Part shown: one piece after another, positions 38,371 to 51,098 of the stretch
How positions within the stretch are numbered: the stretch's first letter is position 1
Layout of the letters: every line of letters begins with the position of its first letter
Assembly: GCA_904063045.1 (NCBI GenBank)
Contig: CAJFCJ010000005.1
Coordinates: forward strand, 3,218,165 to 3,282,164
Direction of reading: 5' to 3'
Source: Dimorphilus gyrociliatus
Lineage: Eukaryota > Animalia > Annelida
DNA: 64,000 nucleotides
Notes under the pieces: model-generated
Database searches by the model: none
The model's input: the letters and a program-made list of their open reading frames with translations, nothing else
What the model was told of the DNA's origin: nothing
Made by a program: the position numbers and the translations under genes

Positions 38371-40611
38371 TTATTTTTTAAGCAATTTATCATGAAACGC
38401 AATCAATGTTAAAATTAGTTTCCTGTTGCTTATATTCCTGCTTTGTACATCATTAAGACATCCTTCCATAGTACTATTTAAACAATCAATATAATAGTTT
38501 AGGTATTTGCGTAATCGATCAATCATATTAGTGTTTATTCTATTATCTTGGTTTCTTTTGAATATATATTGAAATTCCTTTATTGCTTCTGTGAGATTTA
38601 CCTAGAAAATTGAACAAAAGAGAAAAAATTGAATATTTAGAATGATAAACAATTAATATATAGAATAATAGTAAATATAATAATACAACATTTTCGAATA
38701 TATTCAAGTGGGATAGATGTTGAAAGAGCAAATCACAAATTGTTAAGTTTTCTTCCATCCATTTTAAAACGAGTACATATCTATCAGAATTCACTAGAAA
38801 GAGAATATTCAATATAATATATGTTTGATATACGAGATAGAACAATTCCAAGACTTACTAGAGCTATAACTTTCATGGAAACAAATTTCCTAGAAAAGAG
38901 GACAATTTATTTGTTATTTAGATCAATGAAAAACTAATCAAACTTACATTACGTATATCGTAGAAAATTTTAAAAACTAATTGTAGTATTTTCCATTTTG
39001 GAATCACCTGATATTGAAAAAGATAGAGATAATAAAATATATTTAGTAATTAAACGTAAGGATAAGAATAAAGCTAATAAAACAAGTCACTCACCTTTTC
39101 AACTATTATCCAATTGTTTTCCATAACTTTAATTCCTTCGCTGAAAAAAGTCTTTGTATAAGTTGAAAGAACCTCTTCCTGCATGCATTGTGCAAAGAAA
39201 ATAATAAATTTTCCTAAATAGTATCTATTCTTGGAACATTCCAATAATCGATTGAGAAAATTCGAATAAATTTCATGGAATAGAATTTCAACTCTTTCAT
39301 TACGACGGATACTTTTTCTACCATTTAAAACTTCCAAGTGAACCTAGAAATCGTTTAATAGTAGACTCAAAATTTTGAATGTTTTCACAATTAATAATGC
39401 CTACTACCTCCCATATTGTATTGTAAAAGTTTTCCATACTCGTACAATTAGCTATAGAGTTATTATTCATCAATTCGTAGAGTTTATTCACAAGATAGAA
39501 ACTTTCTCGTCCTTTTAAACGTTTGGCAAGCATCAATACACTTTCAGGATTAATTATGTCTTTTGACTATAAAAATTGAATGAACTATAAACAGTATATA
39601 TACTAATAAATAGAAGTTTAATCTTTTTAACCTCTTTATACTCTTCTACGTAATGTATTTCTATATTAAAATTATTTTCTTTATCATAAATAAAACTCTC
39701 ATCGAACGAAGTAAAATACAAAAACTTTAAACTGGATTTAAAGATTTCTAAGCTTCTATAATGGGAAATAAATTGATTTAGAAAAACAATATTCCTATTA
39801 TACTAAACCTTTTCTTTAGATCATTTAACCAATCTTCTATAGAATTTGGTACAACAATCGTTATCTCTTCCAATTGAACTCTTTTATCTAGTAAGTACTT
39901 TATACAATCAAAAAACGTAGTATTTTTAGGATTTGTGAATGTAATGCTTAATTTATTCAAGTATTTCAAATTTTTTAAATCTTTAAAAGTATTGAATTCT
40001 TTTCCATTAAATTTTATCTTCTCATCTTTATTCTTATATCTTTCTGTCTTTCTATTTACCTTATATTTAGTATCGTACGAAATATCTTCCAAATTCATGA
40101 CGGTAAAGTCTGTCAAGTTAACGAGTTCTGAGCATATTAATTGAAATTTATCATATTTCATAATTATATTTCGTATATGTAGACTAGTTAGAGATTTAAA
40201 CATTTGACATGTTTGTCTTTTCAGATCGAATGAATTATCTTGAAAGGAGATACTAAGATTTTGAAGATGTTTAACATTAGTAAATTTAGAAACATCTTCC
40301 AAAGTGTTTCCGGCTCGAAAGTTGATTAATCGAAGATTTTCAATAGTATACCTTTTTAAAAAGTATAAATTTTTAATATTATATATCTTTTGACAATTGA
40401 GATTTAGTTGTTTTAGTTGTAATTTTATTGTATTTAAAAGGATTAAATCATTATCAGTAACTCCATTATTTAGCTCATCCAAAAATTCAATTATATCATG
40501 ACAGATAGTAAATGGAAGAATAATATCAGAATAACCAATAAATCTTTGAACATCTGAGAAATTGAACGCAATGAATCGAAGAGTAATTTGCATTAAAGTT
40601 AAAAATGGCAT
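38371..40611 (-). CDS. LRR + helical-repeat protein, ZYG-11/ZER1-like family, copy 3
   Basis: MPFLTLMQITLRFI..ILPFTICHDII; LRRs; paralogous exons (IYSNFLNRLLECSKN, YLNYYIDCLN..KLLKK*). Confidence 0.75.
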
Positions 40612-40926
40612 ATCTATCACTAGAAAAATGTAATGAAAAGCGTTTTTTTTGAAAAACTTGAGCAGTTATATCTGTTTGTCCTGAATTAAGTAGATATTAA
40701 AGTTAAATAACATGACTCATTTAACCTTTCGTACAGTTTGACTTGTTACGCCTTTACATTATTTATCTTTAAATATTAATCTATTTTCTATTAAAACTCA
40801 TATGATTTTATACGAAACCGTTTATTTTAAACGTTTAAATCCTCTACAGTTTATAACTTACGTAATAAACACTTAGGAACTATATATAAGTTGCATATAT
40901 ACATTATTTATATACAGTATATACAG

Positions 40927-40953
40927 TATATATATATATATATATATATATAT
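40927..40953. repeat. (TA)n microsatellite
   Basis: An uninterrupted TATATA run. Confidence 0.9.
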
Positions 40954-41009
40954 GCATTGAAATAATCGTCATTAAATAAACAAAAACACAAAAATATCTC
41001 ATTTTTCAT

Positions 41010-43250
41010 TTAATAGTTTAAATCCTTCAATATTTCTTCATTATATAACATCAACGATGAAATAGCGTCTTTATTACTAAATTTCTCGGCTGTTATATTA
41101 TCAATAGGCTTTCCTGTAACCTCTCTTATACAGGATATATAATAATTCAAAAATGTACGTAAACTAGCAACCAAATCATTGTGAATATAATCTTTTCGAT
41201 TCCTTGCGAAAAGTTCTTGAAATTCTCTTACAACTACATGCAATTGGACCTAAAAATAAAATGATTAATTGAGATTGAATAAAGAAGATTTACTTAAAAA
41301 AAGACATAGTTTAAATAGTTATAAACACCTTCCGAAAGACGTTAATTGATGAAATATAATCGAAGAGATCGTGACAAATTTTGAAGTTATCTTCAACACA
41401 ACTTACAATAGTTCGAATATGATTTTCGCTTACTGAAAAAACGATTAGATTAATATTTCAAATTAATGTTAAGTATTGTTAATAAAAACGGTATCTTACG
41501 AGATCGTCTTGCCATTTCCACATCGCAGTAACAGGCTTCCTTTGGAAACGTGCATACATACAGTATTATATTTTATATATATATATATTTAAAGAGAATG
41601 ATTTAATAATACTTGAAGAAAAATACTTACTTCGTAAATATCGTAGAAAAGTCTTACAATTAATTTAAATATTTCCCATTTTGGAAAAATCTTCAAATAA
41701 TATTAATAAATTGTATTATTAATATTCAATTAGTTAGATTTAAGGTAGCAAACCTGTTCAACTAAACTCCATTTTTTATCGAGAATTGTAATTCCACTAA
41801 AGAATACTTCGAATGAATCTGTTGCAAAACGTTGTTCGTGGAACCATTCCATTAGGACAATAATTAATTGTCTTAAACGATATTCGCTTTGTGAACATTC
41901 CAACATTCGATTTAAAAACTCTAAATAGATATCATCGTGAAAGAGACCAACGCTATTATTATCGTTCTTTCGATGTTTCATCACTTCGAAATGTACCTAA
42001 AAAGAGAAAGTAGAATTTATTAAATATTACGATTTTATTAAACATTAAGATTACCTGCCAAATAATATCTAAATCCTTATCGGTATTGTTATTATTCAAT
42101 GCATCGGTAATCATACCACGAAGTTTAAGAAAAAAAAATGAACTTTCATGACCTTTTAAACGACCTACAAGCGCCAACAAATATTCAGGATTTGTTATAT
42201 TTCTTGACTGTAACAATAAAAAGAATTTCATTGATCTATTATCTAGTTAATATATTATTACCTCGGTATAATTTTCGAAATTCTTACTATTAATAGTTAA
42301 ATCATTTTCTCTGTCATATATAAAACATCTATCGCTTGAACTAAAATAGGCAAATTTGAATTTTGAACTTGAATCTTCCAATGTTCTGTGTAAACGAAAA
42401 AACGTAGAAACTTTTAATAAATTTCTTCTTTTTTTCAACTAAACTACCTTTTCTTCATTCTATTCAACCATAATCTATTAGTATGTATTACTGTTATTTG
42501 TATTTCTTCTAATTTATGCCTTTTATCAAATACGTAATTTTCACAGTGTAGTATATGATCTAATTCTAATTTTTCAAGTGTAAGATGTAATCTCTTTAAA
42601 CGACGTAATTTTAATAAATCTTTAAATGTATATATCTCAAGATCTCTTCTATAGAATGATCCATTTCTTTTGTCGTAATATTTTTCATATCTTCTACTTC
42701 TTCTATAAAGATTATCTTGAGAAATATCTTCTAAATTCATAATGGATAACTCTTCTAAATTTTTTAACTCTTCGCATATAATTTGAAATTTATCACTCTT
42801 TATAGGACTATACATAATTTCTAATTTAGTTAAAGATCTAAACAATTTACAAGTATTTCTCTTTAGGTCGAAAGTAGGCTTTATTGCAAACATCGAAAGC
42901 TTTCTTAGCGAACCTAAATTGATAAATTTCAATATGTCATCCAATGAATTAATATGTTTAAGATCACTTATACGAAAATCTTTGATCTTATACTTTTTAA
43001 AGAAACTAAGACTTTCAATATTTCTTATCTTTTTACAATTGATACTTAAACTTTTCAATTGAAATTTAATTGTAGCTAAATGTTTGATATCTTCATCAGT
43101 CATTTTTTTATTTAAACTAAGTAAAGATTCCATTATTTCTTGGCTTAGAGATAATGGTAGAGTACCAGAATTACCAAGCACTCTTTGAATATCACATAAA
43201 TTTTGTGAAATAAATTGAAGTGTTAGTTGTTTCAAAGATGAAAACGACAT
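41010..43250 (-). CDS. LRR + helical-repeat protein, ZYG-11/ZER1-like family, copy 4
   Basis: MSFSSLKQLTLQFI..TLPLSLSQEIM; LRRs; paralogous exons (IYLEFLNRMLECSQ, FLNYYISCIRE). Confidence 0.75.
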
Positions 43251-43870
43251 CTTTATTATCTGTAAATAAACTATTTCAATCTCTATGACATTGAAATTAC
43301 CCCAGACGGTCTGGAAACAAAAAAAAATATCTACCAAATTTTTTTTCTGTCAACGAGTCTTACAATGTGTTAAAGCGGATGTACAATATGCTCTGTGATA
43401 GAACTCAGAGCGACTTGACACATTTTATTGTATAGGAACGCAGAAAAAGCCGTTATCCGAACTCATTGGTCATTGACCGTTAAATTTACTAGTATAGTCA
43501 ATTTTTTTATTACGTATAAGCATATATTCAAATCTACATTTATGAGATATTCTATAAATATTACTAATACTAAAATAAGAACAAGTAGTTCATGTATCTC
43601 TTAATTGAAATGGATTTTTCGTTTTTTACAACAAAGTTATAATCTAATTGGTAATCAATTATATATATGAACATCTATATAATTATCAAATTAAGAAATC
43701 ATTTTACATCTATTTAGGTCAAAATACTGAAATTAAAAATTCATAAATAGGCTTTAATTTGTTTTAAAAGAAAATAATTTTATTAATTTATAATTATCTC
43801 TTTTGTTCTATTAAAGCAATAAAATGAAAAATATACCACTTTAATTTTAGTACAACGTAACTTTTACAAG

Positions 43871-44977
43871 ATGATCAAGATGTTTTTATACGTAATTTAC
43901 ATTCTACAATTGAAGTATTATTCTCATTCACTATCTAATCCGCTAGCTAAAACTACATTTGATGGTCTAATTCATGGCAGTCATGCTAGCATACTTTTTA
44001 AACTTTCAAATAGTAATACGCAATATTACGTATATTCTACTGACTATGAAGTTATATCAAGTAATTTTCCTACAAGTAAATCAATACTTAAAAAGGGAAG
44101 CGCAGCTTTTCTAAGTTTAGGAGAACGTAACAATTGTTTTGGTAGTGTGGGAGCATGTTCTAATGGTTTTACCTTTGCAATTTGGTTGAAATTTTACGAT
44201 TTTGCTATTCCACAACAAATTATATTTGAAAATGGTAATATTGCAAAAACCAATAAATTTTTTGTAATAATAAGCAAAATTGGAACAAAATATACTGTAT
44301 ATTGTTTAATAACTGATAAAGACGGACAGTTTATCTACGTTGAAGGTATTGTAAATTCTTTAGAATGGTTTCATTTGGCCATTACATTTGACAGATCTCG
44401 TAAAGAAGCATTTATGTATATAAATAGTATTGAAGTGAATAGATATATGTCGAATATTACACTATACAATTATATTGGTTCAGAAATAGGTTCTGTTAAA
44501 CTTCTTAAACATTTTACGGGCTATGTTGACGAGTTAGCATTTTGGGATAGACAATTATCTGGCGACGAAATAAAAAATCTCTATCTTTCATTTTTCAATA
44601 ACCATGATTGTATTACATTACATCCGACAATTAAAGAAAATGAATGTAAATATGTAACTGAATGGTTTGATAATTCAGAAGATACGTGCTTTTCACCCGA
44701 ACGATTAACTAATAAATTCTGTACTGGATTAGTTAGTGAAAATTTCCAGATAAAGATTGCCTATAAGGGAAATATTACAAAAGATATTTGCCAACAGCAA
44801 AATTTATTAATAAGTCGTTATGATAATTTATTTAGTGAATGTCTATTGAAAAGCGTTTCATTTGGAAATTCAAATTCATATTGTATCTATAATTGTCAAT
44901 GTAAATATCACTTTTGTCAATTAGTTTTCATACATAGTCGAAATGTTATGAATATATGTGAAATTATATTCATGTAA
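43871..44977 (+). CDS. Probably secreted LamG/concanavalin-A-like domain protein with a Cys-rich C-terminus, single exon
   Basis: Hydrophobic N-terminus; LSLG..NCFG....CSNGFTFAIWLK, WFHLAITFD, MYINS and FTGYVDELAFWDRQLSGDEIKNLY are LamG_3 motifs. Confidence 0.8.
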   Translation: MIKMFLYVIYILQLKYYSHSLSNPLAKTTFDGLIHGSHASILFKLSNSNTQYYVYSTDYEVISSNFPTSKSILKKGSAAFLSLGERNNCFGSVGACSNGFTFAIWLKFYDFAIPQQIIFENGNIAKTNKFFVIISKIGTKYTVYCLITDKDGQFIYVEGIVNSLEWFHLAITFDRSRKEAFMYINSIEVNRYMSNITLYNYIGSEIGSVKLLKHFTGYVDELAFWDRQLSGDEIKNLYLSFFNNHDCITLHPTIKENECKYVTEWFDNSEDTCFSPERLTNKFCTGLVSENFQIKIAYKGNITKDICQQQNLLISRYDNLFSECLLKSVSFGNSNSYCIYNCQCKYHFCQLVFIHSRNVMNICEIIFM

Positions 44978-45334
44978 TTAAATAGAATGATTCAATTAAA
45001 CGTTGCCCTTTTGAATTTATTATACTTTTTACTAAATGAAAAAGTAAAAACATGGTAAGAGCTGATGTAAACAGTTAAAGTTTGTTATTATTTTTACCTG
45101 TAAATAGGACACTTTTACTTGTTAGAGAACATTGACTTATTACTCACAAAAGACATTTACATTGACTAAAAATATATGCTTATTCTATTCATAAACAAAC
45201 TTGTGTAACCAACTTCATAACCACACAATCTTAAAAATACAATTTTACCAGTTTTCTTTGAACGATAAATCAGATTGTAAAAAACCCACATCGAACAACA
45301 ACTTACAACTAAACTTTTACCGGAATCGGTAAAA

Positions 45335-47395
45335 ATGTCGATTTTTAATTGTAATCTGTGTAAAAGTTTATTTAAATATCGATATTATCGAAATTTTTAC
45401 AAGTTTATTAGAAATTCAAATAGTGGCTCATCTATTTCTCTGGGTGCGCAAACTATTTTATCTGCAGCTCAACTCAATCATAAGGTTACCGATAAAGATT
45501 TGAACCTGCTTAATCAGTCTGGATCTAAATTGCAAAAATTCAGTATTAATCTAAACGGCATACAAAAACCTGAAAGTTTAAAATTCTTAAAAGATCATCC
45601 ACTGGAAAAACTTGAATTAAAAAATTTCGATGTTCTATATAATCTAAAAGATATTGAAGATTTTATAAATGTTGAAAATTTAACGGAACTTAATCTTACA
45701 TCGCTCTCCTTATCATTTAAATTGAATAGTTCAACATGCAGAAGATTAAAATCACTTAAAAAATTAAATTTGAACGATACAAGACTCGATGATGAAAATT
45801 TTACAATACTTTGTAAAGAATTACCAAATCTTCAAAATTTACAGCTTAAAGCATCGAAAATAAAAAATGAAAGTGTATTAATGGAATTGAAAAAATTACA
45901 AAGTTTACATTTCGACAATGGTTACAACTCTTTGAAACGTCTTCATAACATTCTAATAGAATTAAAAAACTTTAAAGAGCTGGTATTAACTGGAAAATCT
46001 GAAATAAACTTTGACGCTGTAAACAGAATCTTTTTTGAATCTAATTGGCATTTGGAGAAGCTTATTGTCAATGTAAAACACGGAAAATGGTTAGAATGTT
46101 TAAGTAAACGGTTAATTATTTTTTTCTTATTAAATTTTTATATACAGTATATTCTATCAACTTTAATAATATTTCATCATTTTAGAAATCTAAGCGTTGA
46201 AAAGCCTAATTTGAAATTTTGCTGTTTGTATTCTTCTCAAGGAATATTCCTATACGATGGAAAGAATATCATAAAATTCACTTCTGATGATCCTAATAAA
46301 TACGAACAGGTATTCAATTCTTATTTTCTATATGAAGAAAATGTTCTACGTCTAATAATACTGCATTTATTCAATAGATAAAGGAATTGAATGATCCTTT
46401 GTATGTCTTGAATCTAGCTCAACATTTAAAAGGATGTGGAGATTCTTTTATTGTTTATACTTTACAAAGAATGTTGGATTTAGCTGAAAAAGATGATTGG
46501 GACGATGAAAAATTGAATATAATTTGGAAGGTAAAACGTAAAGAAATGGCGATATATATATATTGAAATAATATTACATTCTCTTCACAAAAGATCATAT
46601 TTGCTATGGTTGATATAGAAAATCAAGATTCTACATGGATTTTAAATAATCCTTATTCAACAGATTATCTTAAATTAATTAATAGAATGGAAAACTATTC
46701 AAAGAATGACTTTTTTTGGATAAAAACAGTTGAATCTTGCTGCAGAATTCTCTATTCTTCTAGCATAAATTTCGGATTTAAACAATACTATTCCGAAGCA
46801 ATGAAAATAATCTGTAAGAAATGGGATTTACAAGATAAAGTAGGCCAGCTTATGATTTACTAAAATATTGTTATTGTTAGTTGTTTGTTTTTTGAATAGG
46901 TATTCAAGAAATATAAAATGTTTCGAGTGTACTTGAGATTTTTTATTGCTATAACTGAGGTAATAATATGATCTTATGAATATTCATTAATATTATATTT
47001 GTTTCTTCTATTCCAATATTTTTAGCAATTAAATCCAAAAAATTCCTCATTTTATACAGGTAAATATACATAAATACTGTATATATTTTCTAGAAAAGCA
47101 TACATTATTTGTATTGTATTACTTATTTAATTAAGATCTTGGTCAAGTAGAACTTTGCGTTCAAGAATTATTAAAAGTTCACGAATTACTATTTGAAAAA
47201 ATTGGAAAAGATAATTTTTTAGATAGAGCATCAATTTCTGAAACGCTTAGAGAAGTTAGAAAAATTGAACAATTGCTTTTCAATTGGAATATTCAAATTG
47301 AAGATGAACAATTACAAAATTGTAGAAAATCACTTGAAAATTATTTTAACACTTGTGTTTTAGATTATCTTAAAACTATTGAAAAATCAATATAA
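45335..47395 (+). CDS. LRR + helical-repeat protein, ZYG-11/ZER1-like family, copy 5 (divergent N-terminus)
   Basis: KVTDKDLNLL, LKFLKDHPLEKLEL, LKSLKKLNL, FFESNWHLEKL, exon 1 ending ..SKR|, and YLKLINRMENYSKNDFFWIK all match the paralogues. Confidence 0.75.
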
Positions 47396-47831
47396 GTATG
47401 GGTATTTTTGGATTAAAGTTTCATATAACCATACGCCTGGCTAAGAATTGGAATTCACTTTCTAATAACTGACCTCATTTTTTATTTGATTTCCAACGAA
47501 ATGTTTACGAATCAAATTAAAAAGTATGATTATTCGTCTATTGCTTATAGAATTTTGTATTAACCCTATTAAATGACATAAATTTATTAGCAGTAATAGT
47601 GTACTAGGTGGAAATATGTTTTAATATTTCACGGGCTTCTACTTTCGATTAGCAGGTAGAATATGATTCGTTTGCTAAATAATAAAACAAACATTCAAGT
47701 CAAGTGTTTGTTTGTAATTTAATATTGTTTTTATTAAGAATAGCAATGGACTTTGTCTACTTACTTAGATGAGTTTTCCCCGGAGAGTTAACTTCTCTAT
47801 ATCTATCTTTCATAGTTCGAATTTATTTTTT

Positions 47832-47975
47832 GTTAAGTAGATATTTGATAAGATTTTCAGATGCTTGAAAAAAATGAATAGTTTTTATCCAGAAGACACA
47901 AGGATTGACATTCTTCAATTATCATCTTAAACAATCGTCAATATTTTCTAATGGAGAATTGAAGAAATTTTCAAA
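47832..47975 (-). pseudogene. Possible decayed exon of the LRR/helical family
   Basis: Translates FENFFNSPLENIDDCLR**LKNVNPCVFWIKTIHFF, resembling WILNNPYSTDYLKLINRMENYSKNDFFWIKT of copy 5, with two in-frame stops. Confidence 0.3.
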
Positions 47976-48261
47976 ATTGAATTAAAATCTTAATAAAGCT
48001 CATAATTGATGAGTAGTGTCAAGAGCCCAGATTTAAGACGAAATTAAGACTAGATAAATGTCAATACGAAGAATGAAGAATAAGATACTAATCTAAAGAT
48101 TTCAAGAAAAGTGTCACTATCCAATAACCAATAATGTTCTTTGGTGTTTTTTTCTTTTGTGGAATCTAAGAGAAAGGATAAAAAGTAATATTTCTTTTAT
48201 TAGCTTCATTTATTACATTCATAAGAAAATGACATGAAAAGGGAAAGAATTGTAAAGAAGG

Positions 48262-49559
48262 TTAATTGTAATCGTAACTGAATAAATACTCCGGATAACA
48301 TTGGAGACCGTTGTACACGACATACTCCGATCCATTCCCAATTATACTATCAAAGGTCTTTTTATGATCCACATTTTCGCATGAAGTGTTCTTGCAGGTC
48401 TTGCAAGGAGGCGTTGTAAAAGATTTTCCTGCGTGTGACGTGGAATCATAAGCAACTCCTAGAAGAACTCTCGATAGAAACATATACCGAGGATTTTCTG
48501 AACCGGTGTAGTGATGGGAGAATTTTGGACTATGGGCGTGATAAATACCTTTTCCAAACCAACCAGAACTTGCGACTCGATTATCAAATCCTTTATTTGT
48601 AATTATAAGAGCTTTATTACGAGATGTACCATGAAATAAATACTTTTCATTAATTTCCAGCCTTAAATATTGTCGAAGAGTACTAGGAACCATCAAATCG
48701 ACGGCAGTTTCCCGAAGTTTTATTTTCTCTTTTGTCGAACGTTTTAGCAGGTTTTTACGTTCTGTTGTATAATTTGAAAAGATTTGCGGATTTTCTATCC
48801 TAGTTATCTCTCTAACTGTTATATTTGCATCTGATTCCTTACTTAGATCTTTCCAAGCTTTTAAGAAGAATTTTTCCATTTCACTATATTCAAAAAGAAG
48901 ATTATTGAAAAAATGATAAGAGTTTTTCAATTTTTCATACTTGAATAGATATCCTTCTTTGTTTTTCAAGAAGACAACTTTAGGTTTAGTCTCAAATATA
49001 TCATTCAAAGGACCATAAAAACAAGACCAGTTTTCAGGAGTTTCGTCACACATATCGATTTTCTCCTTTATGAAAAGGAGAAGAAACAGTTAGAGTTATC
49101 ACTCATAACAATAATGATATTATACCTTAATATTCCTGTCATAGTGAGAGTTCATAAGGGAATCTGTTCAAAAGTAAATTATGACAGGAAAAATTTGAAT
49201 AAAAGACTCATTATTGCTGTAAAAATTTAAATCAGTTACTATATCTATTACTTACGAGAAGTTTGTGGTCTGTCAAAAGACAAAGGCAGATTCTGTCTAT
49301 CTGTATCAAATGCTAATTAAAAAAAACTATCATCTTCTATGATAGTAACAGTAAATATAGTATATTATTTATACCTGGCGGATAGCTGTAATAATTTGCC
49401 AAAATTGGATTTTGTTTGTCTATAGAACCACTGAAAATGATTAAGAACATAAAGAATATAGTTTCACTTGTATTCTGGATTATATTACCTTGATCGATTG
49501 GTTCGTCTCGAATTTAGAGGAAATAAAAAGATTTTTGACATATTGAAATTAGAATTCAT
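48262..49559 (-). CDS. Small PARP-family ART with an H-Y-E triad; 5' exons uncertain and possibly extending to about 50.3 kb
   Basis: ITRIENPQIFSNY, NEKYLFHGT, GWFGKGIYHAHSPKFSHHYT, YMFLSRVLLG, FDSIIG, SEYVVY..QCYPEYL. Small phase-compatible exons lie upstream to ATG 49559. Confidence 0.88.
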
Positions 49560-51098
49560 TTGCAAAAATTTTCACTGCATCAAATTAACTAGTAAACAAT
49601 AAACCATGGTTATAAAGAAACATAATACGTAATGGTTATTATTAAGCAACTGTTCATAATTTGAGTAAGAATAATAAGTGGAATAGGGAAGAGCCTGCTT
49701 AACATTTTCGTATACCAGTTTAAAATGTTCTTGAATATTAATTAATTAAATTATATGCAGTTTATTATTAAGCTTCCAATATTTTCTCACTAAGTGATCT
49801 TAGCCTCTCTCTCTCTCTCTTTTCTGTGGAGAATTCAAAATGGAAGCTATTTAGTTAGAAACTGTATTTCTTTGAAGACAATATAAAAACAAATTAAATC
49901 GTATGTTAAATTGATAATTGAATGTTACATAATAATAATATTTATACTAACCGTACTCGATACGTATGGGATAAATAGCTAAGAGAAATAGATATAATAC
50001 ATATACATAACTCTCTTAGTTCAGCCGTTGCGTTTGGTACTGATGACGAAATTTTTAAATCATCTTTTGAGAGAAGTCTAGTTGAATTTGGAAATTTTAT
50101 TTGTAATCTTAACGGTTACGATGGATTTTTCACGTAGACGGAATAAAAATTAAAGGCTTTGTATTACGTCTATACACCCTTTTACTTTACAGTCGTATAT
50201 AGTTTCTGGGATGATAAGGATAATTCAGTAGGCTCTGTTCGATTTCGATATAGCTCTAGACGCTGCTCATACACATAATACAACAAAAAAGAAATATTAA
50301 ATTTAAAATGAAGAAAATGACATATTCTACATTTATAAGCATCTCTTATTCTGTTTCTTTGTTTCTCTCTTTTAGTATGTTTTAAAACGTATATTGTTGT
50401 TCATTAAATATGAATCTCTTCTTATATAATCTTATCCTAATACAAGAGATAAGATATATGACGTCATTTAAAAATTGATGGAATGGTTGTTCACCGATAA
50501 AAACAATAACCGTATTTAAAGGAATATATAAAGTATAAATAAATTGAATTTTGTATCTGACCAGCGTATCATCTTACCCAATCGATTAAAAACATATAGA
50601 AATCTTATTTTCTTTACTGTGATTTATTTAAGATATTCACCAAATTAAAAACGGCTAATGGTCAATGTATAATCAGTTAAAATTTATCTTTATCAGTAAA
50701 AAATCTCTATTTAATATCGTAAAACTCTGCATTTATAGTATTACGCGTGCGCAGTGGATTCTGATTATTATCTAGAGATAGAAGCCTATTAGTTACTTAT
50801 ACCGAGATGAAAGTGAAATCGATCGCATAGCCCTTAGGACAAGAATTATAATATTATATATTAATATTGTATTATCAAACCTTGTTTTATCTTTATCAAT
50901 GATATGCTGATATGAGTACTAAAACCATTAAAGAAACAAATAAGAGATTCCAAATCAAAGATGTTATATATTTATTATTAGGTACTTTTTATTGATAATT
51001 TTTGATAGTCACGTGTTTGTATCTGTGGCCTATTATATAAAAAATATTATCTATATAAGTCCTTTGAGACGTACTAATTATTAAAGTATGCAGCAGCA

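Noticed and set aside
45315-45334. Perfect 8-bp hairpin TTTTACCG-GAAT-CGGTAAAA just before the ATG of LRR copy 5
   Set aside because: Half the stem is A/T, and such short stems are expected by chance in 64 kb of AT-rich DNA.
50040-50051. CTGATGACGAAA, resembling a hammerhead ribozyme core
   Set aside because: No stem II between CUGAUGA and GAAA and no flanking stems I/III are evident.
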